Source: OCS116 cluster bacterium AG-430-B22
GTDB lineage: Bacteria > Pseudomonadota > Alphaproteobacteria > MED-G09
Direction of reading: 5' to 3'
Assembly (NCBI GenBank): GCA_003209955.1
Contig: QCOD01000005.1
Coordinates: 21,032-85,031, forward strand
DNA: 64,000 nucleotides
Within the stretch, counting starts at the first letter, position 1; every line of letters starts with the position of its first letter. Below, piece after piece: positions 30,008-42,553 of the stretch. The position numbers and the translations under genes were made by a program. Below the pieces are notes generated by a model. That model was not told the DNA's origin. It ran no database searches and saw only the letters and a list, made by a program, of their open reading frames with translations.

Positions 30008-31978
30008 ATGATTAAAATGAAAAAAGTTTCTGTATTACTTCCATCTAACACCAACAGCACATATGACTATTTGAGTCGAAGTTCATTAGAGTTAGGTACT
30101 TTGGTATCAGTGCCTTTTAGAAATAAGGAAATGAAGGGGATAGTTTGGTATGATAGCTCTGAGGACATTCCATTTGAAAAGTTAAAAAAGGTAAAAAAAG
30201 TATTTAATGAAATTAAGTTAGAAAAGAAATTAATCTCCTTTTTAGATTTTTTTTATAAATATAATTTAGTACCTATTAGTAAATTATTTAAGTTGGTTAT
30301 CCCTCAAGATAAATTAATAGAAGAAATCAGTGAGAAAAGTGATTTAGGGATTAATACAAATATTCCTTCTGAATCATCACTGAAATTAACTGAACTTCAA
30401 CAAAATGCCGCAAACATACTTAAGAATTCTGTAAAAAAAAATACATTTGAACGTTTTTTGATAGACGGTGTGACTGGATCAGGAAAAACGGAAGTTTATT
30501 TTGAGGCAGTTAATGAGGTTGTAAAAAAGGGTAATCAAGTACTAATACTTTTGCCCGAAATTTCCTTAGTGGATTCATTAGTTGAAAGAGTCACTGAAAG
30601 ATTTGGATTTGAACCATATGTTTGGCATTCTGAAACTAAAGTCGCAAAAAAAAAGAAGATATGGAAGGATATTTATAATGGTAAAGCTCAATTAGTTATA
30701 GGAGCTAGATCATCACTATTTCTTCCATTTAAAAATCTTGATCTAATTATTGTCGATGAAGAGCATGATATTAGTTACAAGCAGCAAGATCAGATTATTT
30801 ATAATGCAAGAGATATGGCAATTGCCAGAGGTTCATTTGAAAACTCAACAACTGTGCTTGTATCAGCTACTCCATCATTAGAGTCATTGTTTAATGCAAA
30901 AGAGAAAAAATACTTTCATCTCAATTTACCTAATAGAATTGGATCAGCTGGGATGCCATATATTAAGACAATAGATATGAGAAAAGAGAAAATGGAAAAA
31001 GACTCTTGGATTTCTCCTTCATTAAAATCAGCAATGCTTCAAACACTTGAGTCTGGAGAGCAGGTTCTCTTATTTATAAATAGAAGAGGTTATGCTCCTT
31101 TAACAGTATGTAAAAGTTGCGGAGATAAAATCGGTTGCTCAAAATGTGATTCTTATTTGGTTCATCACAAGACTAAAAATAAATTACTTTGTCATCAATG
31201 TGGTTATACAGAAGTCTTTTTAGATAAATGTAAAAGCTGTAAAACTGAAAATTCTTTTTTACAGTATGGTCCTGGTATAGAGAGATTATTAGAAGAAACA
31301 AATAAAATATTCCCGGATAAATCTGTAAGCTCTATTTCGTCAGATAATTCTAAAGATTTTCTCAAAACAATGGAATCATTGAGTAATGGTGAGATAGATA
31401 TTATTATTGGAACTCAAATTATTTCAAAAGGATATCATTTGCCTAATCTGACATTAGTTGGAGTTATTGATGCCGATATAGGTCTTGCAAGTAGTGATTT
31501 AAGAGCTTCAGAACATACTTTTCAACTCCTTCAGCAAGTTTCAGGGAGGTCAGGAAGAGACGAAAAAGAAGGGAAAGCTTTTATTCAAACCTATTATCCG
31601 CATCATCCAGTAATACATTCATTAGTGAATAATAGTAGAGATGAATTTACAGAAGCTGAATTATTTATGCGGGAAAGATCTGAATTACCACCATATGGTA
31701 GGTTAGCAAATATTACTGTTACCGATACAAGTGAAGAAAGATTAGTAAATTTTAATAACTACCTTAAATCATTAATTCCTAAATCAGATAGGATTAAAGT
31801 TTTTGGTCCAGCACCAGCACCCATAACAAAAATTAGAAACAGGTATCGTTATAAGTTTTTAATTAAAGCTAATAAGACATTAGATATTCAGAAATTTATT
31901 GAAAACTGGATTTCGGGAATTAAAAAACCTAATTCAATAAGGCTTTCAGTTGATATAGATCCTTATAATTTTTTATAA
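30008..31978 (+). CDS. priA: primosomal replication restart helicase PriA
   Basis: Walker A GVTGSGKTEVY, DEEH box IIVDEEHD, Cys-rich zinc region CKSCGDKIGCSKCDSYLVHH...CHQCGY...CKSC. The start is ambiguous (TTG 30002, ATG 30008, ATG 30017). Confidence 0.9.
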   Translation: MIKMKKVSVLLPSNTNSTYDYLSRSSLELGTLVSVPFRNKEMKGIVWYDSSEDIPFEKLKKVKKVFNEIKLEKKLISFLDFFYKYNLVPISKLFKLVIPQDKLIEEISEKSDLGINTNIPSESSLKLTELQQNAANILKNSVKKNTFERFLIDGVTGSGKTEVYFEAVNEVVKKGNQVLILLPEISLVDSLVERVTERFGFEPYVWHSETKVAKKKKIWKDIYNGKAQLVIGARSSLFLPFKNLDLIIVDEEHDISYKQQDQIIYNARDMAIARGSFENSTTVLVSATPSLESLFNAKEKKYFHLNLPNRIGSAGMPYIKTIDMRKEKMEKDSWISPSLKSAMLQTLESGEQVLLFINRRGYAPLTVCKSCGDKIGCSKCDSYLVHHKTKNKLLCHQCGYTEVFLDKCKSCKTENSFLQYGPGIERLLEETNKIFPDKSVSSISSDNSKDFLKTMESLSNGEIDIIIGTQIISKGYHLPNLTLVGVIDADIGLASSDLRASEHTFQLLQQVSGRSGRDEKEGKAFIQTYYPHHPVIHSLVNNSRDEFTEAELFMRERSELPPYGRLANITVTDTSEERLVNFNNYLKSLIPKSDRIKVFGPAPAPITKIRNRYRYKFLIKANKTLDIQKFIENWISGIKKPNSIRLSVDIDPYNFL

Positions 31979-32115
31979 AGAATCTGTTTTCAGATATTGC
32001 ATGCAAGGTACGCTTATGTTACGAGAAACATAGAATTATTTTTAAAATTATCTGGGAGTTCTTAAATAATAATATCTATTTAAATCAATAACTTACAGTA
32101 ATTGGAATTTTACAC

Positions 32116-32685
32116 ATGAGTCAATCAAGTCAAGATCACACATCAGGAATATCAGGAAGATACGCTTTTGCCCTTTTTGAGCTTATTCAAGAAGATTATG
32201 ATTTGAATGAACTAGATAAAATTAATGATGAACTATCAACTATTGGTAGTGCAATCTCTCAGAGTGAAGAGATGTCAAAGATAATTCAAAGTCCAATTTA
32301 TAACGCCCAAGAACAATTTTCTGCAATGCAGTCAGTATTAGAAATACTCAATACATCAGAATTATTAACAAACTTTATTGGGGTTTTATGTCAAAATAGA
32401 AGATTATTTGTTTTACCTGATATGATCATTTCCTTTAAAGAGCTTTTGAATAATTTAAAAGGTAAAATGACAGCAACAGTTATTGCAAGTTCTGAATTAG
32501 ATAAAAATCAAATGAATAATATAAAGAAAGTATTAGCAGATAATTATTCTCAAGAAATTGATATAGATCTAGAGATAGATGAGAAGATTTTGGGAGGACT
32601 TATAGTAAAAATAGGAAGTAAGATGATAGATTCATCCTTACTAACAAGACTTAAATTAATGCAATCAAATATGAGTGAGGTTTAA
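32116..32685 (+). CDS. atpH: F1 ATP synthase delta (OSCP) subunit
   Basis: [12 protein letters not shown]-terminus, ...[17 protein letters not shown]-terminus, and first position in atpHAGDC. Confidence 0.85.
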   Translation: MSQSSQDHTSGISGRYAFALFELIQEDYDLNELDKINDELSTIGSAISQSEEMSKIIQSPIYNAQEQFSAMQSVLEILNTSELLTNFIGVLCQNRRLFVLPDMIISFKELLNNLKGKMTATVIASSELDKNQMNNIKKVLADNYSQEIDIDLEIDEKILGGLIVKIGSKMIDSSLLTRLKLMQSNMSEV

Positions 32686-32687
32686 TC

Positions 32688-34217
32688 ATGGAAATTCAAC
32701 CAGCAGAAATATCCGCTATTTTAAAGAAAAAAATTAAGGATTTTGGCAAAGATGCTGAAGTGTCTGAGATAGGGCAGGTATTGTCAGTTGGCGATGGCAT
32801 TGCAAGGGTTTATGGATTAGATAATATTGAAGCTGGTGAAATGGTCGAATTTCCTGGTGAAATCAAAGGAATGGCTCTGAATCTTGAAGAAGATAATGTT
32901 GGTGTCGTTATTTTTGGTGATGATACTGATATTAAGGAAGGTGATACGGTAAAAAGAACAGGTGCAATTGTTGAAGTACCAATTGGAAAAGAGCTATTAG
33001 GCAGAGTCGTTGATGCGCTAGGTAACCCAATTGATGGGAAAGGCCCAATTAATTCATCTGAAAGTAAAAGAGTCGATATTAAGGCTCCAGGTATTATTCC
33101 TAGAAAATCTGTTAATGAACCAATGCAAACAGGATTAAAAGCAATTGATTCATTGATACCAATTGGAAGAGGTCAAAGAGAGCTCATTATTGGTGATAGA
33201 CAAACAGGTAAAACAGCTATTGCAGTTGATGCAATTTTGAATCAGAAAGAAGTTAATAAATCCGATAATGAGTCTGAAAAATTATATTGTATATATGTTG
33301 CGATTGGCCAAAAAAGATCTTCAGTTGCACAATTAGTAAAAACACTAGAAGAAAATGGAGCAATGGAATATTCAATTGTAGTAGCAGCTACTGCCTCTGA
33401 ACCTGCTCCTTTGCAATATTTAGCACCATTTACAGGTTGTACTATGGGTGAATACTTCAGAGATAACTCAATGCACGCTCTAGTTGTATATGATGATTTA
33501 TCAAAACAGGCTGTTGCTTATAGACAGATGTCTCTCTTATTAAGAAGACCTCCTGGGCGAGAAGCTTATCCAGGCGATGTTTTTTATCTACATTCAAGAT
33601 TACTAGAAAGAGCTGCTAAATTGAATGAAGATAATGGAGGAGGTTCTTTAACAGCCCTACCTATAATTGAAACACAAGCAAATGACCTTTCTGCATATAT
33701 TCCAACAAATGTAATCTCAATTACTGATGGTCAAATCTTCCTAGAGACTGATCTTTTTTTCCAAGGAATTAGACCTGCTGTTAATGTTGGTCTTTCAGTT
33801 TCTAGAGTCGGTTCATCTGCACAAATAAAAGCAATGAAACAAGTTGCTGGATCGATTAAAGGTGAATTAGCACAATATAGAGAGATGGCTGCCTTTGCAC
33901 AGTTTGGATCTGATCTAGATGCCTCTACTCAAAAACTCCTAGCTAGAGGTGAGAGATTAACTGAACTTCTTAAACAAAAACAATTTTCACCAATATCTAC
34001 AAATGAACAGGTTGTTCTTCTATTTGCCGGCGTAAATGGATATATGGATGATATTGCCGTAAACCAAATTGGAGATTTTGAAGAAGGTCTTCTTAATCAC
34101 ATAAGAAATAATTACATACAGATATTAGAAACTATTACATCAACTAAGAGTCTTGATGAAGAAACTGAAGCTACCCTTAAAAGTGCCGTTGAAGAATTTA
34201 CTGCAAGTTTTAATTAA
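32688..34217 (+). CDS. atpA: F1 ATP synthase alpha subunit
   Basis: GDRQTGKTA Walker [44 protein letters not shown]. Confidence 0.97.
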   Translation: MEIQPAEISAILKKKIKDFGKDAEVSEIGQVLSVGDGIARVYGLDNIEAGEMVEFPGEIKGMALNLEEDNVGVVIFGDDTDIKEGDTVKRTGAIVEVPIGKELLGRVVDALGNPIDGKGPINSSESKRVDIKAPGIIPRKSVNEPMQTGLKAIDSLIPIGRGQRELIIGDRQTGKTAIAVDAILNQKEVNKSDNESEKLYCIYVAIGQKRSSVAQLVKTLEENGAMEYSIVVAATASEPAPLQYLAPFTGCTMGEYFRDNSMHALVVYDDLSKQAVAYRQMSLLLRRPPGREAYPGDVFYLHSRLLERAAKLNEDNGGGSLTALPIIETQANDLSAYIPTNVISITDGQIFLETDLFFQGIRPAVNVGLSVSRVGSSAQIKAMKQVAGSIKGELAQYREMAAFAQFGSDLDASTQKLLARGERLTELLKQKQFSPISTNEQVVLLFAGVNGYMDDIAVNQIGDFEEGLLNHIRNNYIQILETITSTKSLDEETEATLKSAVEEFTASFN

Positions 34218-34233
34218 TAAGTGAGAGATTGAA

Positions 34234-35118
34234 TTGGCAAATTTAAAAGAATTAAGGAATAGAATTTCTAGCGTATCTTCTACTCAGAAGATTACTAAGG
34301 CTATGCAAATGGTTGCAGCTTCTAAATTGAGAAGAGCGCAAGAAAATGTTGAAACTGCTAGACCTTATTCTGATAAACTTGGTGATATTCTAAATAATTT
34401 ATCTGCGTCTTTTTCTGGCCAAGATAATGCGCCAGAACTCTTAGCAGGTAATGGTAATGATAAAAGTCATTTACTTATTATCGCCACTTCTGAAAGAGGC
34501 TTATGTGGTGGATTTAATACATCTATCGTGAAGTTAGCCAAAGAACATATTTTGCAATTAAAGGAAGAGGAAAAAGAAGTAAAACTAATTATTATAGGAA
34601 AAAAAGGAAAAGAATTACTCCAAAGAGATTTTGGACAAGAGATAATTGATATTTATGATTTCTCTGAAGTTAAAGATCTTGGGTTTATCGAAGCGGAGAA
34701 AGTTGCAGAAAATATTCTGTCACTATTTGAAGAAGGAAAATTTGATATTTGCAGCTTATATTTTGCAAAATTTGAATCAGTGTTAAGCCAAGTTCCTGTC
34801 TGTCAAAAATTAATTCCTTTTGATATTGAATCGAAAGTTAGTGAAGAAAAAGATATTGAGAATATCTGCTATGAATATGAACCTGATGAGGAAGATATAC
34901 TTAAAGAGCTTTTACCAAAGAATTTATCGGTCCAAATTTTAAGAGCTTTACTAGAAAATGTTGCTAGTGAATTTGGAGCAAGACTTACTGCTATGGATAA
35001 TGCAACAAGGAATGCTTCAGATATGATTGATGACCTAACTATTACATATAATAGATCGCGTCAGGCATCCATCACATCAGAATTGATAGAAATTATTTCA
35101 GGTGCTGAGGCACTATAA
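34234..35118 (+). CDS. atpG: F1 ATP synthase gamma subunit
   Basis: TTG start. ANLKELRNRISSVSSTQKITKAMQMVAASKLRRAQ and C-terminal RQASITSELIEIISGAEAL. Confidence 0.95.
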   Translation: MANLKELRNRISSVSSTQKITKAMQMVAASKLRRAQENVETARPYSDKLGDILNNLSASFSGQDNAPELLAGNGNDKSHLLIIATSERGLCGGFNTSIVKLAKEHILQLKEEEKEVKLIIIGKKGKELLQRDFGQEIIDIYDFSEVKDLGFIEAEKVAENILSLFEEGKFDICSLYFAKFESVLSQVPVCQKLIPFDIESKVSEEKDIENICYEYEPDEEDILKELLPKNLSVQILRALLENVASEFGARLTAMDNATRNASDMIDDLTITYNRSRQASITSELIEIISGAEAL

Positions 35119-35132
35119 TTAAAAGAGGTTAA

Positions 35133-36557
<1,425 letters not shown>

Positions 36558-36559
36558 TT

Positions 36560-36952
36560 ATGTCCTCAAAACTAAATTTCGATTTTGTTTCACCAATGTC
36601 ATCAATTTTTTCAGGGGAAGTGGATAGTATTTTAATTCCTGCGAAAGAAGGTGATGCTGAAATCCTTCCTCAGCATGCCCCTTTTATGACAGCTCTAAGA
36701 GTTGGTGTTGTTGAAATTAAGCTAACAGATTCAGAAAATTTAAAATTTCTTATCGATGGCGGATTTGCTGATATTGCACTTGATCAAGTTACTTTATTAG
36801 CAGAAAGGTCATTTGACTTAGTTAAATCATCTAAGGAAGATTTTGATAAGATTATTAATGATGTAGCAAAAGATATTGAAATAAGTGAAGATGATAGAGA
36901 AAAAGAGGATTTATTAATCAAAAAAGAAATCCTTGAAGCTAATTACTCTTAA
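36560..36952 (+). CDS. atpC: F1 ATP synthase epsilon subunit
   Basis: 130 aa. LNFDFVSP...ILPQHAPFMTAL pattern and last position of the atp cluster. Confidence 0.9.
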   Translation: MSSKLNFDFVSPMSSIFSGEVDSILIPAKEGDAEILPQHAPFMTALRVGVVEIKLTDSENLKFLIDGGFADIALDQVTLLAERSFDLVKSSKEDFDKIINDVAKDIEISEDDREKEDLLIKKEILEANYS

Positions 36953-37439
36953 TTTTATCTTTTATAGGTGAGAATTTTTCTATAAGTTTTAAATATAATT
37001 CTTTTTTAAAATCAACAACTAGATCTGGCATTTCCTCTATATCTCTCCATGCCCACTCATCAAATTCAGCTATATGACTGTTTAGGTTAAAATCACTATC
37101 ATCACCTTTAAAGATCATAAGGAACCATTTTTGTTTTTGTCCTTTGAATTTTCCTCCTAAGGCTTTCCCAATTAGTTCAGGAGGTAAATTATATTCTAGC
37201 CACTCATCTAAAGTAAAAATAATTTCTGCTGAAGTTGTACCAGTTTCTTCTTCTAATTCACGATATGCTGCATTTTCAGGACTTTCACCAATATCTATAC
37301 CCCCTTGTGGCATTTGCCATAAGTTTTTCTCGTTAGGTCTCACTCCAATGCCAATTTTGCGTTTGCCTGTCCAAATTTTTCCGTCATCTCTGGCTAAAAT
37401 AATTCCAACAGCCTTTCTTAATCCCAAATTTCTATTCAT
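36939..37439 (-). CDS. rppH: RNA pyrophosphohydrolase (Nudix)
   Basis: Nudix box QGGIDIGESPENAAYRELEEETG and QKQKWFL. The 3' end overlaps the atpC 3' end by 14 nt. Confidence 0.85.
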   Translation of the reverse strand: MNRNLGLRKAVGIILARDDGKIWTGKRKIGIGVRPNEKNLWQMPQGGIDIGESPENAAYRELEEETGTTSAEIIFTLDEWLEYNLPPELIGKALGGKFKGQKQKWFLMIFKGDDSDFNLNSHIAEFDEWAWRDIEEMPDLVVDFKKELYLKLIEKFSPIKDKIKSN

Positions 37440-37454
37440 TTTATTCTCGATAAT

Positions 37455-38759
37455 TTAAATCTTTAATAATAGATCATTCATTATTTCTACTGCTAAATTC
37501 AGTTGGGTGTCCTCACTGGTATCTAAAGGTATATATGCGGATGATCCTGATTCAGATTTGTCGTTTGAATCCTTTTTTATAAATTCATTTAATTGTGTTT
37601 CCCCTACTTCATATATTTCGGGGTTATTTTCCTTTGTAGGTTCTTGCTTTATTACAAAATCAGGTTCAATTCCTTCCGCCTGAATAGATCTTCCTCTAGG
37701 AGTAAAATATTCAGCAGTTGTTAGTTTTAAGGCTCCAAGATTTTTAGAATTTGGGAAATAAAGATTATTTTTATTTATAGGATAAAGTGTTTGTACTGAA
37801 CCCTTTCCGAAGGTTCTGGTTCCAACAATTATTGCTCTATTGTGATCTTGAAGAGCGCCAGCTACAATTTCTGAAGCTGAAGCAGAACCACCATTTACTA
37901 AAATAATAAGAGGTTTTTGATTTATAAAGTCACCCCTTTTTGCTTCAAAAGAATTAATTTTTTCTTCAAATCTTGGTCTTTTTGTGGAAACAATTTCTCC
38001 ATAATCAAGAAACATATTAGCTACTTCAATTGCTTGTTTCAGTAATCCTCCAGGATTTCTTCTCAGATCTAAAATATACCCTTTAATAAATTGGTTTTCA
38101 TTGTTCTCATGAATATAGAGTTCTTTATATAATTTTTCAGATGTTCTCTCATTGAATGCAGAAATTCTAATGTATCCGATATTATTATTTTTCCCCTTAA
38201 TTTCACTTTTAATTCCAGGTATTTGTATAATGTCTCTTATAATTGTTATATCAAAAGCATCATCCTTTTCCTTACGAACAACAGTTATTGCTACTTCTGT
38301 ATTAGGTTTTCCTCGCATAAGATCAACTGCATCATTGAGGTTTTTACCAAATATTGGCTCTTTATTGATATGAGTAATATAATCCCCTGCAATCATGCCG
38401 GCCTTTTGTGCCGGTGTTCCATCAATTGGACTGATTACTTTTATTACGCCATTTTCCATAGTAACCTCTATGCCAATACCACCAAATTCTCCACTTGTAT
38501 CATTTTGTAGATTAGCAAAATCTTTTGGTGTTAAATAAACTGAATGAGGGTCTAAAGATTGCAGCATCCCATTAATTGCAGCCTCAACTAATTCACTTTG
38601 TTCCGTTGACTCGATATACTCCTTATCAACTAAATCTATAACTTTATTTAATAAATCTACATTCTCTCTCTCTAGTATTTTTCCTTCTAGAGATAAGGAA
38701 TTTAGAATTATTAGACATAAAATTGTAAATATAGATTTATTATAAGTTTTTATTAGCAT
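37455..38759 (-). CDS. ctpA: carboxy-terminal processing protease (S41, PDZ-containing)
   Basis: N-terminal signal/anchor, GGIGIEV...GTPAQKAGMIAGD (PDZ), VNGGSASASEIVAGALQD (Ser nucleophile region), FGKGSVQT. Confidence 0.9.
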   Translation of the reverse strand: MLIKTYNKSIFTILCLIILNSLSLEGKILERENVDLLNKVIDLVDKEYIESTEQSELVEAAINGMLQSLDPHSVYLTPKDFANLQNDTSGEFGGIGIEVTMENGVIKVISPIDGTPAQKAGMIAGDYITHINKEPIFGKNLNDAVDLMRGKPNTEVAITVVRKEKDDAFDITIIRDIIQIPGIKSEIKGKNNNIGYIRISAFNERTSEKLYKELYIHENNENQFIKGYILDLRRNPGGLLKQAIEVANMFLDYGEIVSTKRPRFEEKINSFEAKRGDFINQKPLIILVNGGSASASEIVAGALQDHNRAIIVGTRTFGKGSVQTLYPINKNNLYFPNSKNLGALKLTTAEYFTPRGRSIQAEGIEPDFVIKQEPTKENNPEIYEVGETQLNEFIKKDSNDKSESGSSAYIPLDTSEDTQLNLAVEIMNDLLLKI

Positions 38760-39232
38760 TACTTGTGATAGGGGTGTTTGTTAATAATCGTTATTGACCT
38801 GTAGATCTGTTCCAAGAGCATCATTTTAAACATCTTATGGGGCCATGTTAAGTCCCCAAATGAAATTATCTTATCAAAATCTCCGAAATATTTTCTATCG
38901 ATACCCTCAGATCCACCAATAAAAAAATTAATATTCTGATTAATATTCGCTTGATCAAGAATGTATTCTGAAAATTCGACTGAGTTTAATTTTGAGCCCT
39001 CTATATCAAGAAGAATATTTACTGCTTCTTTTTCTTTTTGGACTATTAATTTTTTAGTTTCCTCATCTTTTTTTTCAGTAGCATTTTTTTTATTAGAATT
39101 TTTAATTTCCTTATAAATAATTTCTTTTAGACCAATACTTCTTCCTAGATTTTTGATTCTTTTTTCATAATCTCTAACAACATCTTGGAGTAAATTTTTC
39201 GAACTACCTATATAAATAATAGTTATTAACAT
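38759..39232 (-). CDS. rlmH: 23S rRNA (pseudouridine1915-N3)-methyltransferase
   Basis: SPOUT-type FFIGGSEGI...SFGDLTWPHKMFKMMLLEQIYRS.... Confidence 0.85.
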   Translation of the reverse strand: MLITIIYIGSSKNLLQDVVRDYEKRIKNLGRSIGLKEIIYKEIKNSNKKNATEKKDEETKKLIVQKEKEAVNILLDIEGSKLNSVEFSEYILDQANINQNINFFIGGSEGIDRKYFGDFDKIISFGDLTWPHKMFKMMLLEQIYRSITIINKHPYHK

Positions 39233-39240
39233 AAGTATAT

Positions 39241-39570
39241 TTAGTTTGTTTCTATATTAGTTTGCCATAATTTTTCTAAATTATAGAACTCACGAACTTC
39301 TTTTCGAAAAATATGTACAATTACATCTCCACTATCAATAAGAACCCAATCACTCTTGTTAATACCTTCTGCTTTAACGTTTTTTATTCCATCTTTTTTT
39401 AGTTCAGTAATTAGATTTTCTGATAATGAACCTACATGTCTATTTGATGTCCCAGTAGCAATAACTAAAAAATCAGCTATATCTGATTTTCCTTTTAAAT
39501 CTATCGAAATAATATCTAAGGCTTTATTATCTTCTAATTGAGTTACAATACTATCTAAGGTTTTATCCAT
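39241..39570 (-). CDS. rsfS: ribosome silencing factor
   Basis: DIADFLVIATGTSNRHV...WVLIDSGDVIVHIF...REFYNLEKLW. Confidence 0.9.
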   Translation of the reverse strand: MDKTLDSIVTQLEDNKALDIISIDLKGKSDIADFLVIATGTSNRHVGSLSENLITELKKDGIKNVKAEGINKSDWVLIDSGDVIVHIFRKEVREFYNLEKLWQTNIETN

Positions 39571-40159
39571 CTTTTAGCTTTCTAATTTGACTTGAGGAAA
39601 TATCACTCATCGGACCTGGAATAAAGGTTATTACAGGTGGTTTAAATTTTGTAAAACCTTTTTGATTATTACTACCGATTATTTTTGCTCTTTCTTTTAT
39701 TAAGTCTAGCTTATTTGATTCAATCTCAAAGGATGGTCTTGGATAAATTGCTATTGGAATTAAATCCAAAAATTTCTCCCAATCCTTCCATTGAGAAATT
39801 TCTGCAGCACAGTCAGAGCCCATAACCCATACAAAATTTACATCTGGATATAATTCCATAATTTTTGAAACAGTATCTATACTGTATTTTGTCTTATATT
39901 CTTTTTCAAAATCACTAACAAAGAAATTATTTTTTTTTGCAATATCCCTTGCACTCATAAATCTGTCATGAAAGTCCATAATGTCTTCATCTTCTTTAAG
40001 CGGATTGGACATAGATACTAACCAAATAACTTGATTTAAATTAAGTTCACTTAAAGCATTTTTTGAAACTTGAAAATGCCATTCATGTGCTGGATTAAAA
40101 GAGCCTCCAAATAGGCCAATTTGTGATCCAGGTTTTATTGGTAAAATATAATTATTCAC
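39563..40159 (-). CDS. nadD: nicotinate-nucleotide adenylyltransferase
   Basis: GLFGGSFNPAHEWH nucleotidyltransferase motif and ISSSQIR near the C-terminus. Confidence 0.85.
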   Translation of the reverse strand: MNNYILPIKPGSQIGLFGGSFNPAHEWHFQVSKNALSELNLNQVIWLVSMSNPLKEDEDIMDFHDRFMSARDIAKKNNFFVSDFEKEYKTKYSIDTVSKIMELYPDVNFVWVMGSDCAAEISQWKDWEKFLDLIPIAIYPRPSFEIESNKLDLIKERAKIIGSNNQKGFTKFKPPVITFIPGPMSDISSSQIRKLKDG

Positions 40160-40172
40160 TAGAGTATCATCA

Positions 40173-41438
40173 CTAAGGTCTTATTTGGCCTGAACCACGA
40201 ACTATATATTTAAAACTAGTTAATTGTTCTACACCTACTGGCCCTCTGGCATGAAATCTTCCTGTTGCAATACCAATTTCTGCTCCCATACCAAATTCGC
40301 CGCCATCTGCAAACTGAGTAGATGTGTTATGCATAACTATAGCACTGTCAACTTCTCTCATAAATTTTTCTGCAATATCATTATCTTCTGTAATTATTGA
40401 GTCTGTGTGATTAGTTGAATATTCACCAATATGTGAAATTGCTTCCTCTACGCCATCAACTATCTTTACGCTTATAATTGCCTCAAGATATTCAGTTGAC
40501 CAATCTTCATCATTTGCAGAAATTATATTATCAGTTAATTTGAGAGTTTCCTCACATCCTCTTACCTCACATCCACTATCTTTCAATGAATTTACTAGTA
40601 AAGGAAGAAAAGATTTATCACTATTTTTATCAATTAATAATGTCTCTGCAGCACCGCAAATACCTGGTCTCCTCATTTTTGCATTAATTATAATATCTTT
40701 AGCTTTTGTTAAATCTGCACTTTTATCGACATATAAGTGACATATTCCTTCCAAATGGCCAAAAACAGGTATTTTAGCTTCATTCTGAACTCTTTCTACA
40801 AGACTTTTACCACCGCGCGGGACAATAACATCAATATTTCCATTTAATCCTCCTAAAAGAAGACCGACCGCCTCACGGTCTGTAGTTGGTATAATTTGGA
40901 TAGAGTGTTTTGGTAAATTGGAAGCCTCTAATCCTTGAACTAAAAATTTATGTATAGCATTAGAGGAATGGAAGCTTTCTGATCCTCCCCTTAAAATAAC
41001 TGCATTTCCAGCTTTAAGACACAATGCTCCAGCATCAGCAGTAACATTTGGTCTGCTTTCATAAATTACTCCGATAACTCCTAAAGGAGTTCTTACCCTA
41101 GAAATATCAAGACCATTAGGCCGTTGCCATCTTCCTATTTCTTCTCCAACGGGATCATTTAGCTCTATAATAGATCTCAGACCGTTACTTATAGAAGAAA
41201 TTCGATCTTTATCTAAATAAAGACGGTCTAGAAAGGAATCTGATATTCCTTTTTCTTCAGCTTTTTTCATATCAGTATTGTTGGCTTTAAGAATCTCATC
41301 TTGGTTGTTGTCAATAAGTTCAGCCATATTCATTAAGGCTTGATTTTTTTTATCTTCACTTGCCATGGATAGTGCGTTAGATGCTTTTTTTGCATCATTA
41401 CCAATCTTAGTTAATTGTAATCTTATATCTTCATTCAT
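40173..41438 (-). CDS. proA: gamma-glutamyl phosphate reductase
   Basis: [35 protein letters not shown] (catalytic Cys), HTDSIITED. Confidence 0.95.
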   Translation of the reverse strand: MNEDIRLQLTKIGNDAKKASNALSMASEDKKNQALMNMAELIDNNQDEILKANNTDMKKAEEKGISDSFLDRLYLDKDRISSISNGLRSIIELNDPVGEEIGRWQRPNGLDISRVRTPLGVIGVIYESRPNVTADAGALCLKAGNAVILRGGSESFHSSNAIHKFLVQGLEASNLPKHSIQIIPTTDREAVGLLLGGLNGNIDVIVPRGGKSLVERVQNEAKIPVFGHLEGICHLYVDKSADLTKAKDIIINAKMRRPGICGAAETLLIDKNSDKSFLPLLVNSLKDSGCEVRGCEETLKLTDNIISANDEDWSTEYLEAIISVKIVDGVEEAISHIGEYSTNHTDSIITEDNDIAEKFMREVDSAIVMHNTSTQFADGGEFGMGAEIGIATGRFHARGPVGVEQLTSFKYIVRGSGQIRP

Positions 41439-42553
41439 TAGTCTTCATCCATATTTCCAGAGTAAAATAAATTATTTCTATGAATTACTTCAGTCTTAGT
41501 AAGATAACCTAAAATTTCTTCAATTTCTTCAGATTTTTTACCAATTATTTTAGATAAATCATTTGAATTGAAATTAGTTAAGCCCCTAGCTACTTCTTTA
41601 TCTCGAGATTTAATTGTAACAGTATCACCTTTATCAAATTCACCATCAAAATTAATAATTCCCGCAGATAGAAGACTTTTACCATTTTTAAGAGCTAAGT
41701 TAGCTCCGTTATCAATATTTATTTCTCCCGATGGTTTTATACTTCCAGAAATCCAGCTTTTAAGAGCACTCAGGTTTTTATTTTGAGATTGGAAAACAGT
41801 TCCAATTCCATCATTTAGTGAAGATAGGATAGGGTTTTTTACCCTACCTGAAGAAATAATCATTTGGCAGCCACTCTTAGTAGCTATTTTTGCAGCTTCA
41901 ATTTTTGTTATCATACCACCTCTACCTAATTCCCCTGCCTCACCTGCCATATCAGTAACACTCTTATCTATAATTTCTACATTACTAACTAATCTGCTTT
42001 CTTCATTAGAGGGATCTCTCTCATAGAGGCCTTCAACATTGGATAACAGGATTAAGCAATCCGCCGCAACCATTCCTGCTATTCTAGCTGCTAGTCTATC
42101 ATTATCTCCATACCTGATCTCGGATGTAGCTACCGTATCATTCTCATTTATTATTGGAATATATTTTTCTCGCAATAATTCTTCTATTGTTGATCTAGCA
42201 TTTAAAAATCTTTTTCTATTTTCTGTATCTTCAGCAGTTATTAATATTTGAGCAGCATTAAGATCAAAATTACTTAAAGATTCTTTCCAAGAATTTATTA
42301 ATTTTATTTGGCCAATTGAAGAAGCGGCCTGACTTTCTGCTAAATTAAATTTCTCTTTTGTTTTATCTAATTCAATTTTTCCTAATTCTATAGCGCCTGA
42401 AGAAACTACTAAAGTTTCAATACCCCTTTTTTTTAATGACAAAATATCTTCACTAATATTACTCAAAAAATTATTATTCACTCCTTTATCTTTATCAATA
42501 AGAAGTGAGGAGCCAATTTTCACCACCATTCTATTTATTTCTTTTATTTTCAT
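41438..42553 (-). CDS. proB: glutamate 5-kinase (with PUA domain)
   Basis: [37 protein letters not shown]-terminal PUA-like GDTVTI. Start set to ATG 42553, which forms an ATGA overlap with the obg stop. Confidence 0.93.
   Translation of the reverse strand: MKIKEINRMVVKIGSSLLIDKDKGVNNNFLSNISEDILSLKKRGIETLVVSSGAIELGKIELDKTKEKFNLAESQAASSIGQIKLINSWKESLSNFDLNAAQILITAEDTENRKRFLNARSTIEELLREKYIPIINENDTVATSEIRYGDNDRLAARIAGMVAADCLILLSNVEGLYERDPSNEESRLVSNVEIIDKSVTDMAGEAGELGRGGMITKIEAAKIATKSGCQMIISSGRVKNPILSSLNDGIGTVFQSQNKNLSALKSWISGSIKPSGEINIDNGANLALKNGKSLLSAGIINFDGEFDKGDTVTIKSRDKEVARGLTNFNSNDLSKIIGKKSEEIEEILGYLTKTEVIHRNNLFYSGNMDED

Noticed and set aside
31979-32115. 137-nt spacer upstream of atpH examined for a regulatory RNA or terminator (hairpins ATCTG/CAGAT and ATGTT/AACAT)
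   Set aside because: The stems are only 5 bp, AT-rich and not followed by U-tracts. They are indistinguishable from chance in this composition.
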